A stretch of 64,000 nt of DNA, from assembly GCA_018823285.1 (NCBI GenBank), contig JAHJIQ010000007.1, forward strand, positions 4,536 to 68,535. The letters run 5' to 3'. Each line of letters begins with the position of its first letter. Position 1 is the stretch's first letter. Made by a program: the position numbers and the translations under genes. Below are positions 37,095 through 44,974 of the stretch, piece after piece. Below the pieces are notes generated by a model that made no database searches, was not told the origin of the DNA, and saw only the letters and a list, made by a program, of their open reading frames with translations. The DNA is from Pseudomonadota bacterium. GTDB taxonomy: Bacteria > Desulfobacterota > Desulfobulbia > Desulfobulbales > JAGXFP01.

Positions 37095-39554
37095 ATGAAG
37101 AAACATATCCTGAGTGTTGTGTTGTTTGTCGTGGCAGTGACAATCTTGTCCGGCTGTGCTGTTTTCGAGAAAGGGCCGGTGGTTCCTCCTCCCTCTCCAG
37201 CAGAGTTGGCAGAGTTGCAGGAGTTTGGTGAGACGCTGGACTATCAGCGAGATATCCAGACCATCTTTGACCGCCGCTGTGTCGGCTGCCATTCCTGCTA
37301 CAACTCCCCGTGCCAGCTCAAGATGACCTCCTATGAGGGGGTCTGCCGGGGAGCGACCAAGACCAGGGTCTATAATGGAACACGTCTTGAAGCCGTCGCC
37401 CCGACCAGGCTCTTTATTGACGAGACTACCACTGAAGGATGGCGAAAGCGTGATTTCGTCGATGTGACCGGTCACGAAAAGGGGCTTGGCCCTGATTCAT
37501 TCATGTATCAGCTGCTTGATCTTAAGCAGGGAAATCCTGAGGTCAAAGGAGAGTACGATTCCGAGGCCAAGGATCTGGTCTGCTCACAGTCTGATCGCGA
37601 ACTGAAAAAATTCATGCGGAAAAATCCCCACGCCGGGATGCCGTTTGGTTTCCCCGAGATCAGCAAGGATGAGCGGCGAACCCTGAAAGCCTGGCTGGCT
37701 GCAGGCGCCAAAGGGCCGAGTCCGGAAGCGGACAGGATTCTGAAGATCCCTGCCAATGGCGAGATGGGTGAAGCGGTCATCAACAGATGGGAGGATTTTC
37801 TTAATGACGATTCTCCCAAAACGGTGGTGACTGCCCGCTATATCTATGAGCATCTTTTTCTTGCCCATATCGGATTTGAAGAGATTCCAGGTGATTTTTT
37901 CCGTCTGGTGCGCTCGCGCACTCCCGCCCCGCAGCCGGTGGATGAGATCGATACCGAGAAACCGTATGACGATCCCGGCGGGACGTTCTTTTATCGCTTT
38001 CTCAAAGAGCATAGCACCATCGTCTTCAAGACCCACATCATCTATCGATTAAGCGACGCGCGAATGGCCCGTTATCGGGAGCTTTTTCTGGAACCGGACT
38101 GGCCGGGAGAAACCATTATCGATCCGGGCTACGATCCTGATGGGTCGGCCAATCCCTTCTGGACCTTCAGGCAGATTCCACCCCGCTCCCGTTACCGGTT
38201 TCTCCTTGATGACAGCCGGTATTTCATCATGACCTTCATTCGCGGCCCGGTCTGTAAAGGGCAGATTGCCCTGAATGTTATCAATGACCATTTCTGGGTG
38301 ATGTTCCTCGATCCGGAGGTTGATCTTGCGGTCAATGATTCTGAGTATCTGGAGCGGAACATTGCCAATCTGCGGATGCCCATTGAAGACCGTGGCAGAT
38401 CGATCCTGGGAGCATATCTTCCCTATGCGGAGGCACAGAAAAGATACGTGATCAACAGGGCGATTGCCTATCAGGAAGCTTATCCGGAGGGGCAGGTGCT
38501 TGGAAATATCTGGGACGGAGATCGTGCAGAGTCAGACCCGTTTCTGACCATTTACCGGCATTTTGACAGCGCCACGGTGATTGCAGGGCCGGTGGGTGGG
38601 TACCCCAGAAGCGGCTGGGTGATAGACTTCCCTTTGTTTGAGAGGCTCTATTATAATCTGGTGGCCGGGTTTAATGTCTTCGGCAATGTCAAAGAGCAGG
38701 CTGGGATCAGAATGTATATGGATCTGCAGCGACGGGAGGGAGAAATGCTGTTTCTTGATTTCCTGCCGGCTGAAGCTCGCGATCCGGTATTGCGGCTCTG
38801 GTATCCGACCATGCTTTCCTACTGGTTTGCCTCCGACGAGGTTGAGATGTTGGAGAATGGGATCGAGACCGGAGTCTATTACCCGGAAATCCGGGGAAAT
38901 CCGGTGGATTACAAGGATGATTTTTTTGACCAGGTCATAAGCAATCGACTGCACCCGGATATTGGCTATGGTTATGACGGGATCAATTTCCATGACGATG
39001 ATCTTGACCGAACACCGGCAGAAAAAATCTCCTCCGAGAAAGATCTTGATCTGGAGTTTCGAAAACTGTCCCACCGAAGCGGCGGTTTTGCCAAAGGAAT
39101 TCCGGCAAAAGGGGATGTCGTCTTTATTCGTTTTACACGGGAAGGGCAGGAGGACCTGGTGTATACCATGATCCTCAACCGCTATCATGAGGATGTCGAG
39201 TTCATCAAGGGAGAAAATTGGCGCCTGAACAAAGACAAGGATACGGTCCATTTCCGTAAAGGGTTTCTTGGTGCCTATCCCAATACTTTTCTGCAGGTGG
39301 AATTAACTGAAGCTCCGCAATTTTTCAGAATGCTCGACAGCATCGCCGAGAAGCCCGATTCATACTATAGATTCTTTCAAAAGTTCGGGGTGAACCGTTC
39401 TGACCTGAAGTTCTGGGAGATATCCGACTTTTTCAATGAACGGTTCAAAAAGGACGAGCCGGAAACAGCCGGAATTTTCGATCTGAACAGATACACCAAC
39501 GAAGTGAAGCCGCCAGGATTCTGGGGCCGCCTGTTGTTTCATCTCAGAGACTGA
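37095..39554 (+). CDS. cti: Fatty-acid cis/trans isomerase (Cti)-like periplasmic heme-c lipoprotein
   Basis: Lipobox ILSGC. A single N-terminal heme motif in the context IFDRRCVGCHSCYNSPCQLKMTSYEG, as I recall it for the Cti family. Size ~820 aa. Confidence 0.65.
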   Translation: MKKHILSVVLFVVAVTILSGCAVFEKGPVVPPPSPAELAELQEFGETLDYQRDIQTIFDRRCVGCHSCYNSPCQLKMTSYEGVCRGATKTRVYNGTRLEAVAPTRLFIDETTTEGWRKRDFVDVTGHEKGLGPDSFMYQLLDLKQGNPEVKGEYDSEAKDLVCSQSDRELKKFMRKNPHAGMPFGFPEISKDERRTLKAWLAAGAKGPSPEADRILKIPANGEMGEAVINRWEDFLNDDSPKTVVTARYIYEHLFLAHIGFEEIPGDFFRLVRSRTPAPQPVDEIDTEKPYDDPGGTFFYRFLKEHSTIVFKTHIIYRLSDARMARYRELFLEPDWPGETIIDPGYDPDGSANPFWTFRQIPPRSRYRFLLDDSRYFIMTFIRGPVCKGQIALNVINDHFWVMFLDPEVDLAVNDSEYLERNIANLRMPIEDRGRSILGAYLPYAEAQKRYVINRAIAYQEAYPEGQVLGNIWDGDRAESDPFLTIYRHFDSATVIAGPVGGYPRSGWVIDFPLFERLYYNLVAGFNVFGNVKEQAGIRMYMDLQRREGEMLFLDFLPAEARDPVLRLWYPTMLSYWFASDEVEMLENGIETGVYYPEIRGNPVDYKDDFFDQVISNRLHPDIGYGYDGINFHDDDLDRTPAEKISSEKDLDLEFRKLSHRSGGFAKGIPAKGDVVFIRFTREGQEDLVYTMILNRYHEDVEFIKGENWRLNKDKDTVHFRKGFLGAYPNTFLQVELTEAPQFFRMLDSIAEKPDSYYRFFQKFGVNRSDLKFWEISDFFNERFKKDEPETAGIFDLNRYTNEVKPPGFWGRLLFHLRD

Positions 39555-39871
39555 GATTCCGACGTATTCCTGTATTGTCTGCCGGGTCCCTGATAAGCCC
39601 CCTGGTTTTACGTTTTCCAGTGATATTGGAGGTTATAGGCCGCTGCGGTTGTCTGAAATGAAGTCATCTTGACTTTACTTCAATGTTTGTGGGAACATGG
39701 GTTTCAATGATGTGGTCCATAAATGGGATAACGGACAGTGGGTTGCTGAAAAAGTGAAACCGGGTTCCAGCTGCAGTGCCGCTTCCGTTGCCTGTCCCGA
39801 TAAGCTTAAGTTGAGCAGCTTGTCTGCTCATACGAAACTTATACCCGCAGGGTGTGAAAGGAGGGTTGGAT

Positions 39872-40081
39872 ATGAAACGTTATTTTATCGATTGCCGTGA
39901 TAATCCTGGCGAGGAGATTTGTACCGGGGCATTTTTTGCCAACAGCAAAGAAGAGCTTCTGGAGCTCGTGGTTCATCACCGGGTCAGAGTTCACAAGAAA
40001 AGAGATTCGCAGGACCTGCGGGCAAGCATCGTCAGGGATATCAAACAGGCTCCACCATTATTGAGGATGCACAGGTTGTAA
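39872..40081 (+). CDS. DUF1059-like small protein
   Basis: MKRYFIDCRD...EELLELVVHHRVRVHK matches the DUF1059 pattern. RBS gaaaggaggg. Confidence 0.55.
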   Translation: MKRYFIDCRDNPGEEICTGAFFANSKEELLELVVHHRVRVHKKRDSQDLRASIVRDIKQAPPLLRMHRL

Positions 40082-40125
40082 CCGTTTCCAGGCGCTGCCG
40101 TTTGAATGTCGAAGATTTCTCGCAC

Positions 40126-40848
40126 CTACCGGAAGACGTTGGGGCCAGGTGAAGGTGACCTTGTAGCGGGTTGCAGTCCAGCGGGATTCAGATGTCTGGC
40201 GGCTTTCGGGATAAAAAAAGATGCTGCAAAAAGAAATACTGCCAACAGATTCTGCCAGGAGAGCAATGTTTCCCATCGGCCGCTGAGCCACACCTCGGTT
40301 AATGCCACGAAAAAGAAAGTCAGGATGATGCCGCTCCCGATCTTGCCGAAGAACGTCCCCCAGAAAAATTGACTGAAGGTCACTCCGGTCAGTCCCATAC
40401 TGAAGTTGAGCGGGGTGAAAGGAAAGAAAATGAGGCGGAGATAGAGGGTGGTTGTAAAGCCGTTCTCGGTAATTTTGCCGTCGTACATTTTTAATCGATC
40501 ATCTGCCACTGAGGCTGCAAAATCTCTCCCCAGATAACGACCAATCCAGAAACTCATTGAGGCGCCGAGCATTGCGCCGGCAAAGTTGCAGATGATTCCT
40601 CCTGACAAGCCGAACAGCATCGCGCCCATGGCGGTAAAAAAACTCGCGGGCAGGAACATGGAGATGCCGAAGCCATAGATAAGAATAAAAATTATTGGCG
40701 AGGCAAAGCTGTTGGCGGCAACAAAATTCCGCAGCGCCTGCGGCTCGATATACTGCCCGACAGGGGTAAGCCGAAAAATGAGTAGGGAAGAGAGCAGAAA
40801 GAGAATCAGAAGTATTGCCTTGATCAGCGGGTAATTTTTATTTCGCAT
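40126..40848 (-). CDS. TVP38/TMEM64 (DedA-related, VTT domain) membrane protein
   Basis: 240 aa, polytopic, with the GRYLGRDF motif typical of the family. Starts 12 nt after the methyltransferase stop. Confidence 0.75.
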   Translation of the reverse strand: MRNKNYPLIKAILLILFLLSSLLIFRLTPVGQYIEPQALRNFVAANSFASPIIFILIYGFGISMFLPASFFTAMGAMLFGLSGGIICNFAGAMLGASMSFWIGRYLGRDFAASVADDRLKMYDGKITENGFTTTLYLRLIFFPFTPLNFSMGLTGVTFSQFFWGTFFGKIGSGIILTFFFVALTEVWLSGRWETLLSWQNLLAVFLFAASFFIPKAARHLNPAGLQPATRSPSPGPNVFR

Positions 40849-40860
40849 GATTTTGCCGAT

Positions 40861-41757
40861 CTATTGTTCCCTGTAACCTTTGAACAGAGCCCCGCCGGTA
40901 TACTCGGAAGTGGAAAAACCTGTTTCACCAAGAAACTCTGCATTCTGGAAACCTGCCTCCTGCATCATCTTGAGCTGGTCCCCGACCGGGACCGTGCCGC
41001 CGATTCATTGTGACCAGGCTTCAGGGCTTGCCGCCAGCGAGTCAGGCAACTCTTTTTTGAGAATAATATCGGCGAACTGCAGCCTTCCCCCCGGTTTAAG
41101 AACCCGCCGGATTTCCGTAAAGAGTTGTTTTTTCCGGGGAGAAAGATTGATGACCCCATTGGAGATGGCAACGTCAAAGGTCTGGTCAGGATATGGGATA
41201 TTATCTGTATCGACATGATGGAGTTCAAAGTTTCTGATGTTCGCGAGTTCCATATTTTTTCGGGCCCGATTGACCATCTCTTCAGTGAGATCAATACCAC
41301 AGACCCTGCCTTTTTCGCCAACCAGCCTGCCGGCAACAATCATATCAAACCCGCCGCCACAGCCGATATCGAGAACCTGACTGCCGGGTGGAATCGCATC
41401 AATTGAAAACGGGTTTCCCACGCTGCAGAAAGACGCAAGTAATTCCGCGGGGGAATTCTCCACAATGATTTGGTCATAGTTCAGTGCCAGCGCCCCATTT
41501 TTACCGGTGGGGTATTGGAATTTTCCTTCAGCAGAGACAGCCACGGCCGCATACTTGCTTCGGATGGCATCTCTGATGGTGTTGAAATTATCCGAGGCTG
41601 ATATTTCACACGAGCTCGGGAAGTGTTGTTTCTTCAAACGACTGAAGAAACTCAGAAGGGTTGTGAGGAAGCCCGGGCTTTCTTGCCGACGACCGCCGGC
41701 ATTTCCCTTCGAGGGTCAACAACGGGGATTTGAAATTGTATTCTCATTATCAGTCAT
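40861..41757 (-). CDS. ArsM-like SAM-dependent methyltransferase SELENOPROTEIN (in-frame UGA at 41005-41007, plus a probable second UGA at 41716-41718)
   Basis: The tracked ORF (41005..41637) stops at a TGA, but the frame continues for 47 more codons (IGGTVPVGDQLKMMQEAGFQNAEFLGETGF...) to TAG 40861. The UGA falls at WSQ-U-IGG, where ArsM-type enzymes have W..C(I/V)(A/G)G. Upstream, the only strong RBS (AAGGAGG, 7 nt) serves ATG 41757. That ATG is in frame through ...NPRC-UGA-PSKG... into the tracked ORF. Motif I is VLDIGCGGGFD. Confidence 0.75.
40977..40993 (-). promoter_or_regulatory. SECIS-like hairpin for the C-terminal UGA of the methyltransferase
   Basis: GGUCCC-GGUCG-GGGACC begins 12 nt 3' of the UGA. 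The GGUC-type apical loop matches classical bacterial SECIS elements. Confidence 0.6.
41684..41701 (-). promoter_or_regulatory. SECIS-like hairpin for the N-terminal UGA of the methyltransferase
   Basis: UGCCGGC-GGUC-GUCGGCA (7-bp stem including one G.U pair, GGUC tetraloop) begins 15 nt 3' of the UGA. Confidence 0.5.
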
Positions 41758-41774
41758 ATCTATCCTCCTTCAGC

Positions 41775-42065
41775 TCATTTTACAAACAGAGAGTATGCGA
41801 TCATGCCCAGACTGAAGACCGTTACGCCATGTAGAAGCGGCATGCTCCAGGGGCTGGCGTGTTCCCGAGCTTTGTAGGCCCGGTAATAGGCAAAACCAAG
41901 CAAGACAACAGTGGCAACGAGAAAGAGCCAGCGGTATCTGGCAAACCACATGGACAGGGTAAAACTTCCCAGGCCGAAACTGGCCAGGAGCAGAGGGAGT
42001 TGTCAGCAGAAGGCGTAGGCGAGTGCAGAGGTGACTGCGCCTCCGCCGACGAGTTTATTGTCCAT
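41775..42065 (-). CDS. MerT-like small membrane transporter SELENOPROTEIN (Cys-Sec pair in TM1; UGA at 42003-42005)
   Basis: Absent from the ORF track. ATG 42065 with RBS aggaga gives MDNKLVGGGAVTSALAYAFC-U-QLPLLLASFGLGSF...(96 codons) ending at TGA 41775. This resembles MerT TM1 (...ILASACCLGPLVLIALG...), with the second Cys of the CC pair replaced by UGA. Confidence 0.65.
41969..41988 (-). promoter_or_regulatory. SECIS-like hairpin for the MerT-like gene
   Basis: CCUGGCC-AGUUUC-GGCCUGG begins 15 nt 3' of the UGA (one U.U mismatch). Confidence 0.45.
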
Positions 42066-42085
42066 TTTTATCTCCTTTCCAGTGC

Positions 42086-42550
42086 TTATTTCAGAATTTC
42101 TTCAATACCGGTTACAAGTTCGGAATAATGAATGCTATGTGAGATTTTCTTTTCGATCCGTCCATCCCTTGAAATAAAATAAGTCTCCGGAATCCCTTTG
42201 GCGCCGAGGGTTTCGGCGATTCCATCTTCCGGGCCGACCGGATAGGTCAAGTGAAACTCTTTCGCGAATTTCCGGATATCCTTGTCTTTGCTCAGTGTAA
42301 AAGCGCCGAGAAAAAGAACGCCCCTGTCCTTGTAAACCTGGTATGCCCGCTGTAACTCAGGGGCTTCGGCTTTACATTTTTTTCACCAGTGCGAGCCGAT
42401 GTTTATCACCAGGGGCGTTCCTTTGAGGTCGCTCAGGATGTACGTGGTTCCTTCCAGATCGGTGAATGAAAAGTTCAATGCAGTGCTTGCATATAAAGGG
42501 CTGCCGACCAGAAGGGTCACAAGTAAATAAAATGGGACAATGTGTTTCAC
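42086..42550 (-). CDS. TlpA/ResA-like periplasmic thiol:disulfide oxidoreductase SELENOPROTEIN (W-U-K-K-C active site; UGA at 42383-42385)
   Basis: Absent from the ORF track. GTG 42550 overlaps the stop of the upstream kinase (GTGA). The protein has a signal peptide (KHIVPFYLLVTLLVGSPLYA), then FSFTDLEGTTYILSDLKGTPLVINIGSHW-U-KKCKAEAPELQRAY...GIPETYFISRDGRI. This is a full redoxin fold with Sec at the first position of the CxxC motif. 154 codons to TAA 42086. Confidence 0.8.
42345..42364 (-). promoter_or_regulatory. SECIS-like hairpin for the TlpA-like gene
   Basis: GCCCCUG-AGUUA-CAG(C)GGGC begins 19 nt 3' of the UGA (7 bp with one bulged C). Confidence 0.5.
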
Positions 42551-43602
42551 GATGAAGTGCCTCCTGCGGGTTGATTATGTATTGCCGGACCAATGGGAAG
42601 AGAGATCGTGAAAGTCGAACCTTGTCCGGGTTGACTGTCAACACTGACCGATCCATTATGCTCCCTGGCGGTACGTTCCACGATAGGCAGGCCAAGACCG
42701 GGGCCGTTTGTTTTTGTTGTGTAAAAAGGTTTGAAGATGTTTTTCTGTTCTTCCTGGGAGATACCGGGGCCATGATCCGTAACTGAAATTCTTACCGTTT
42801 TCCCGTCGGTGGACGTGCCCACAAGAATTTCTGTATTTGCCGCAGAGGATTCCACGCTGTTCTCAAGGAGCTTGGTCAGCGCTTCACGCATTCTTGCGGT
42901 GTCGCAAGGGGTCAGTGGCAGGTGTTCCGCCAGCCTGAGCAGCACCGGTTTTTTCAGGTTGTCCACGGAATTTGAAAATTCATCAACCGCTGTACGGGTC
43001 ACGCTGTTGATGTCGCATGGTTCGAGTGCCAGCGGGGCCGGATTGGAAAAACTTAAGAATATCGAGGTCAGGGTGTTCAGCTTCTTGACCTCTTCTTCAA
43101 TAACGTTCAGGAATTCGGTGACGAGCTCCCCGTGGAAATTTTTTTTCAGATACGAGGCGGCGATGCCGATTGAATGCAGGGGGTTCCTTGTTTCATGGGC
43201 CACGGCGGCGATCATGTTGCCGAGTTCAGCGGTGCGAGCGTCTTTTGCCTGCTGCCGATCGTTTTTTTCCTGTTCCGAGAGATTGAATTTCAGGTCCTTG
43301 ACCATCTGGTTGAAGACCTCGACAAATTCACTGATTTCGTCCCCGCACGACTCCTTGTAGACCACACATTTGCGGCAATCTCCCAGCTTCTGGGCGAATT
43401 CCCCCTGAACAGCTCCGTGGCAGCTGGTTCCGGCGATGGACCAGCATCGGAGTCTGCCGTAAGCCGGGCAATCTTTTTTTTCACAGCCGAGTCGTTCCCA
43501 GCATTTGACGATCTGCGGATTTTCCTCTTCCACATCATAATTGCCGGACTGCAGGGCGATCATCTTTTCCTTCAAGGACTGGAGTTTTTTGATCTTGCTC
43601 AT
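42547..43602 (-). CDS. Soluble sensor histidine kinase with an N-terminal Cys-rich two-CW-type domain
   Basis: N-terminus KCWERLGCEKKDCPAYGRLRCWSIAGTSCHG...CRKCVVYKESC (two CW dipeptides, 9 Cys), a coiled coil, then HisKA (AAVAHETRNPL) and HATPase_c (GPGLGLPIV). No TM segment. Confidence 0.8.
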   Translation of the reverse strand: MSKIKKLQSLKEKMIALQSGNYDVEEENPQIVKCWERLGCEKKDCPAYGRLRCWSIAGTSCHGAVQGEFAQKLGDCRKCVVYKESCGDEISEFVEVFNQMVKDLKFNLSEQEKNDRQQAKDARTAELGNMIAAVAHETRNPLHSIGIAASYLKKNFHGELVTEFLNVIEEEVKKLNTLTSIFLSFSNPAPLALEPCDINSVTRTAVDEFSNSVDNLKKPVLLRLAEHLPLTPCDTARMREALTKLLENSVESSAANTEILVGTSTDGKTVRISVTDHGPGISQEEQKNIFKPFYTTKTNGPGLGLPIVERTAREHNGSVSVDSQPGQGSTFTISLPIGPAIHNQPAGGTSS

Positions 43603-43633
43603 AATGACAAATCCATGCTGAAGTGCATCTGAT

Positions 43634-44968
43634 TCAGGGTTGAAGCAGGCCGAGATTTTTCATCTTGGTGCGTAGCTGCTTTCTGGAAATGCCCAGGATG
43701 ACGGCCGCGCTGGACTGGTTCCATGCCGCCTTGTCGAGGGCTTTTCTGATGATCTTTTTTTCCATTTCCGGCAGGTTCAGCTCGTTTAGTTCAAGGCACT
43801 CTTCCTCGCCGGTGGCCCTGATCTTACAGGGCAGGCACTCGATATTGATTGAATCGTGAGGGCAGAGGATGACTGCCCGCTCCATAACGTTTTCCAGTTC
43901 CCGGACGTTGCCTTGCCAGTCATATTGTTTAAGGATATCAAATACTTCCCGGTCTATCCCGTGTATTTTTTTCTTGTTCTTGCGGCAGAAGTGGTCGAGG
44001 TAATAATTGGCCAGCAGCGAGATGTCGTCCTTTCTTTCCCGCAGGGGGGGCACATTGATGGTGATTACATTCAAACGGTAATAAAGATCGGTGCGGAAAT
44101 CGCCGGAGTCGACATCTTTTTCAATGTCCCGGTTGGTGGCGGAGATGACCCTGACATCGACCATGATACTTTCTTTGCCACCCACCCGGCGGATCTCTCT
44201 TTCCTGGAGAAAGCGGAGCAGTTTTTTTTCAAGCGCGTAATCAAGATCGCCGATTTCGTCCAGGAAAACTGTGCCGCCATGGGCCATTTCGATCAGGCCG
44301 ATCTTGCGTTCTCCGGCCCCGGAAAAAGCCCCTTTCTCGTAGCCGAACAACTCGCTTTCCATCAGCTCGGAGGGGATGGTCGTGCAATCGATGGGGATAA
44401 ACGGCTTGTCGGCGCGAAGAGATGAATAGTGGACAGCCCTGGCCACCAGTTCCTTGCCGGTTCCCGATTCTCCGAGAATCAGAATGTTGGCATCGGTCTT
44501 GGCAACCCTCCGGACCAGGGAGAAGACCTCCTGCATCGGTTTGGTTTTGCCGATGATATTCAGGAACTGATGCCTGCCGGGTGTTTCGTCATCCTCGTCG
44601 CGTTCACGCGGGAAAAGCACATCATTGACCACGCTTTCCATGACGTTCAGCTTTACCGGCTTGGTAAGATAGGTGTATGCACCCTTGCGCATGGCGTTCA
44701 CGGCAAGTTCAATGGTGCCGAACGCGGTGAGCAGAATGAAGGGCGTCTCCGGGGTCATGGTCTTGACCTTTTCCAGGAGCTCTTCGCCGTTCATTCCCGC
44801 CATCTTGTAGTCGGAGATAACAAGGTCGTAGTGAGTGCTTTTGCACAGCTCAAGTGCCTCTTCACCGGAGCGGGCGGTTTCCACAACCTTGTCTTTGCCC
44901 GAGAGCGCGGCGGACAGAACCTTCAGGGAATTGATCTCGTCGTCCACCAGCAGAATTTTATATGACAT
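43634..44968 (-). CDS. NtrC-family sigma-54-dependent response regulator (REC, AAA+, Fis-type HTH)
   Basis: REC domain (LLVDDE...D in DLVISDYKMAGMNG), AAA+ Walker A GESGTGKE, sigma-54 contact loop GAFSGA, and a C-terminal HTH (AAVILGISRKQLRTKMK). Confidence 0.9.
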   Translation of the reverse strand: MSYKILLVDDEINSLKVLSAALSGKDKVVETARSGEEALELCKSTHYDLVISDYKMAGMNGEELLEKVKTMTPETPFILLTAFGTIELAVNAMRKGAYTYLTKPVKLNVMESVVNDVLFPRERDEDDETPGRHQFLNIIGKTKPMQEVFSLVRRVAKTDANILILGESGTGKELVARAVHYSSLRADKPFIPIDCTTIPSELMESELFGYEKGAFSGAGERKIGLIEMAHGGTVFLDEIGDLDYALEKKLLRFLQEREIRRVGGKESIMVDVRVISATNRDIEKDVDSGDFRTDLYYRLNVITINVPPLRERKDDISLLANYYLDHFCRKNKKKIHGIDREVFDILKQYDWQGNVRELENVMERAVILCPHDSINIECLPCKIRATGEEECLELNELNLPEMEKKIIRKALDKAAWNQSSAAVILGISRKQLRTKMKNLGLLQP

Positions 44969-44974
44969 CAGCGG

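Noticed and set aside
40861-42550. Reading the three TGA-interrupted genes as pseudogenes or sequencing errors
   Set aside because: Three of the four TGAs fall exactly on a redox or metal-binding Cys position of the homologous family (the N-terminal methyltransferase TGA instead forms a C-U pair). The frame stays open with family-like sequence afterwards, a hairpin follows each TGA at SECIS-like distance, and there are no frameshifts. Selenocysteine decoding is the simpler explanation.
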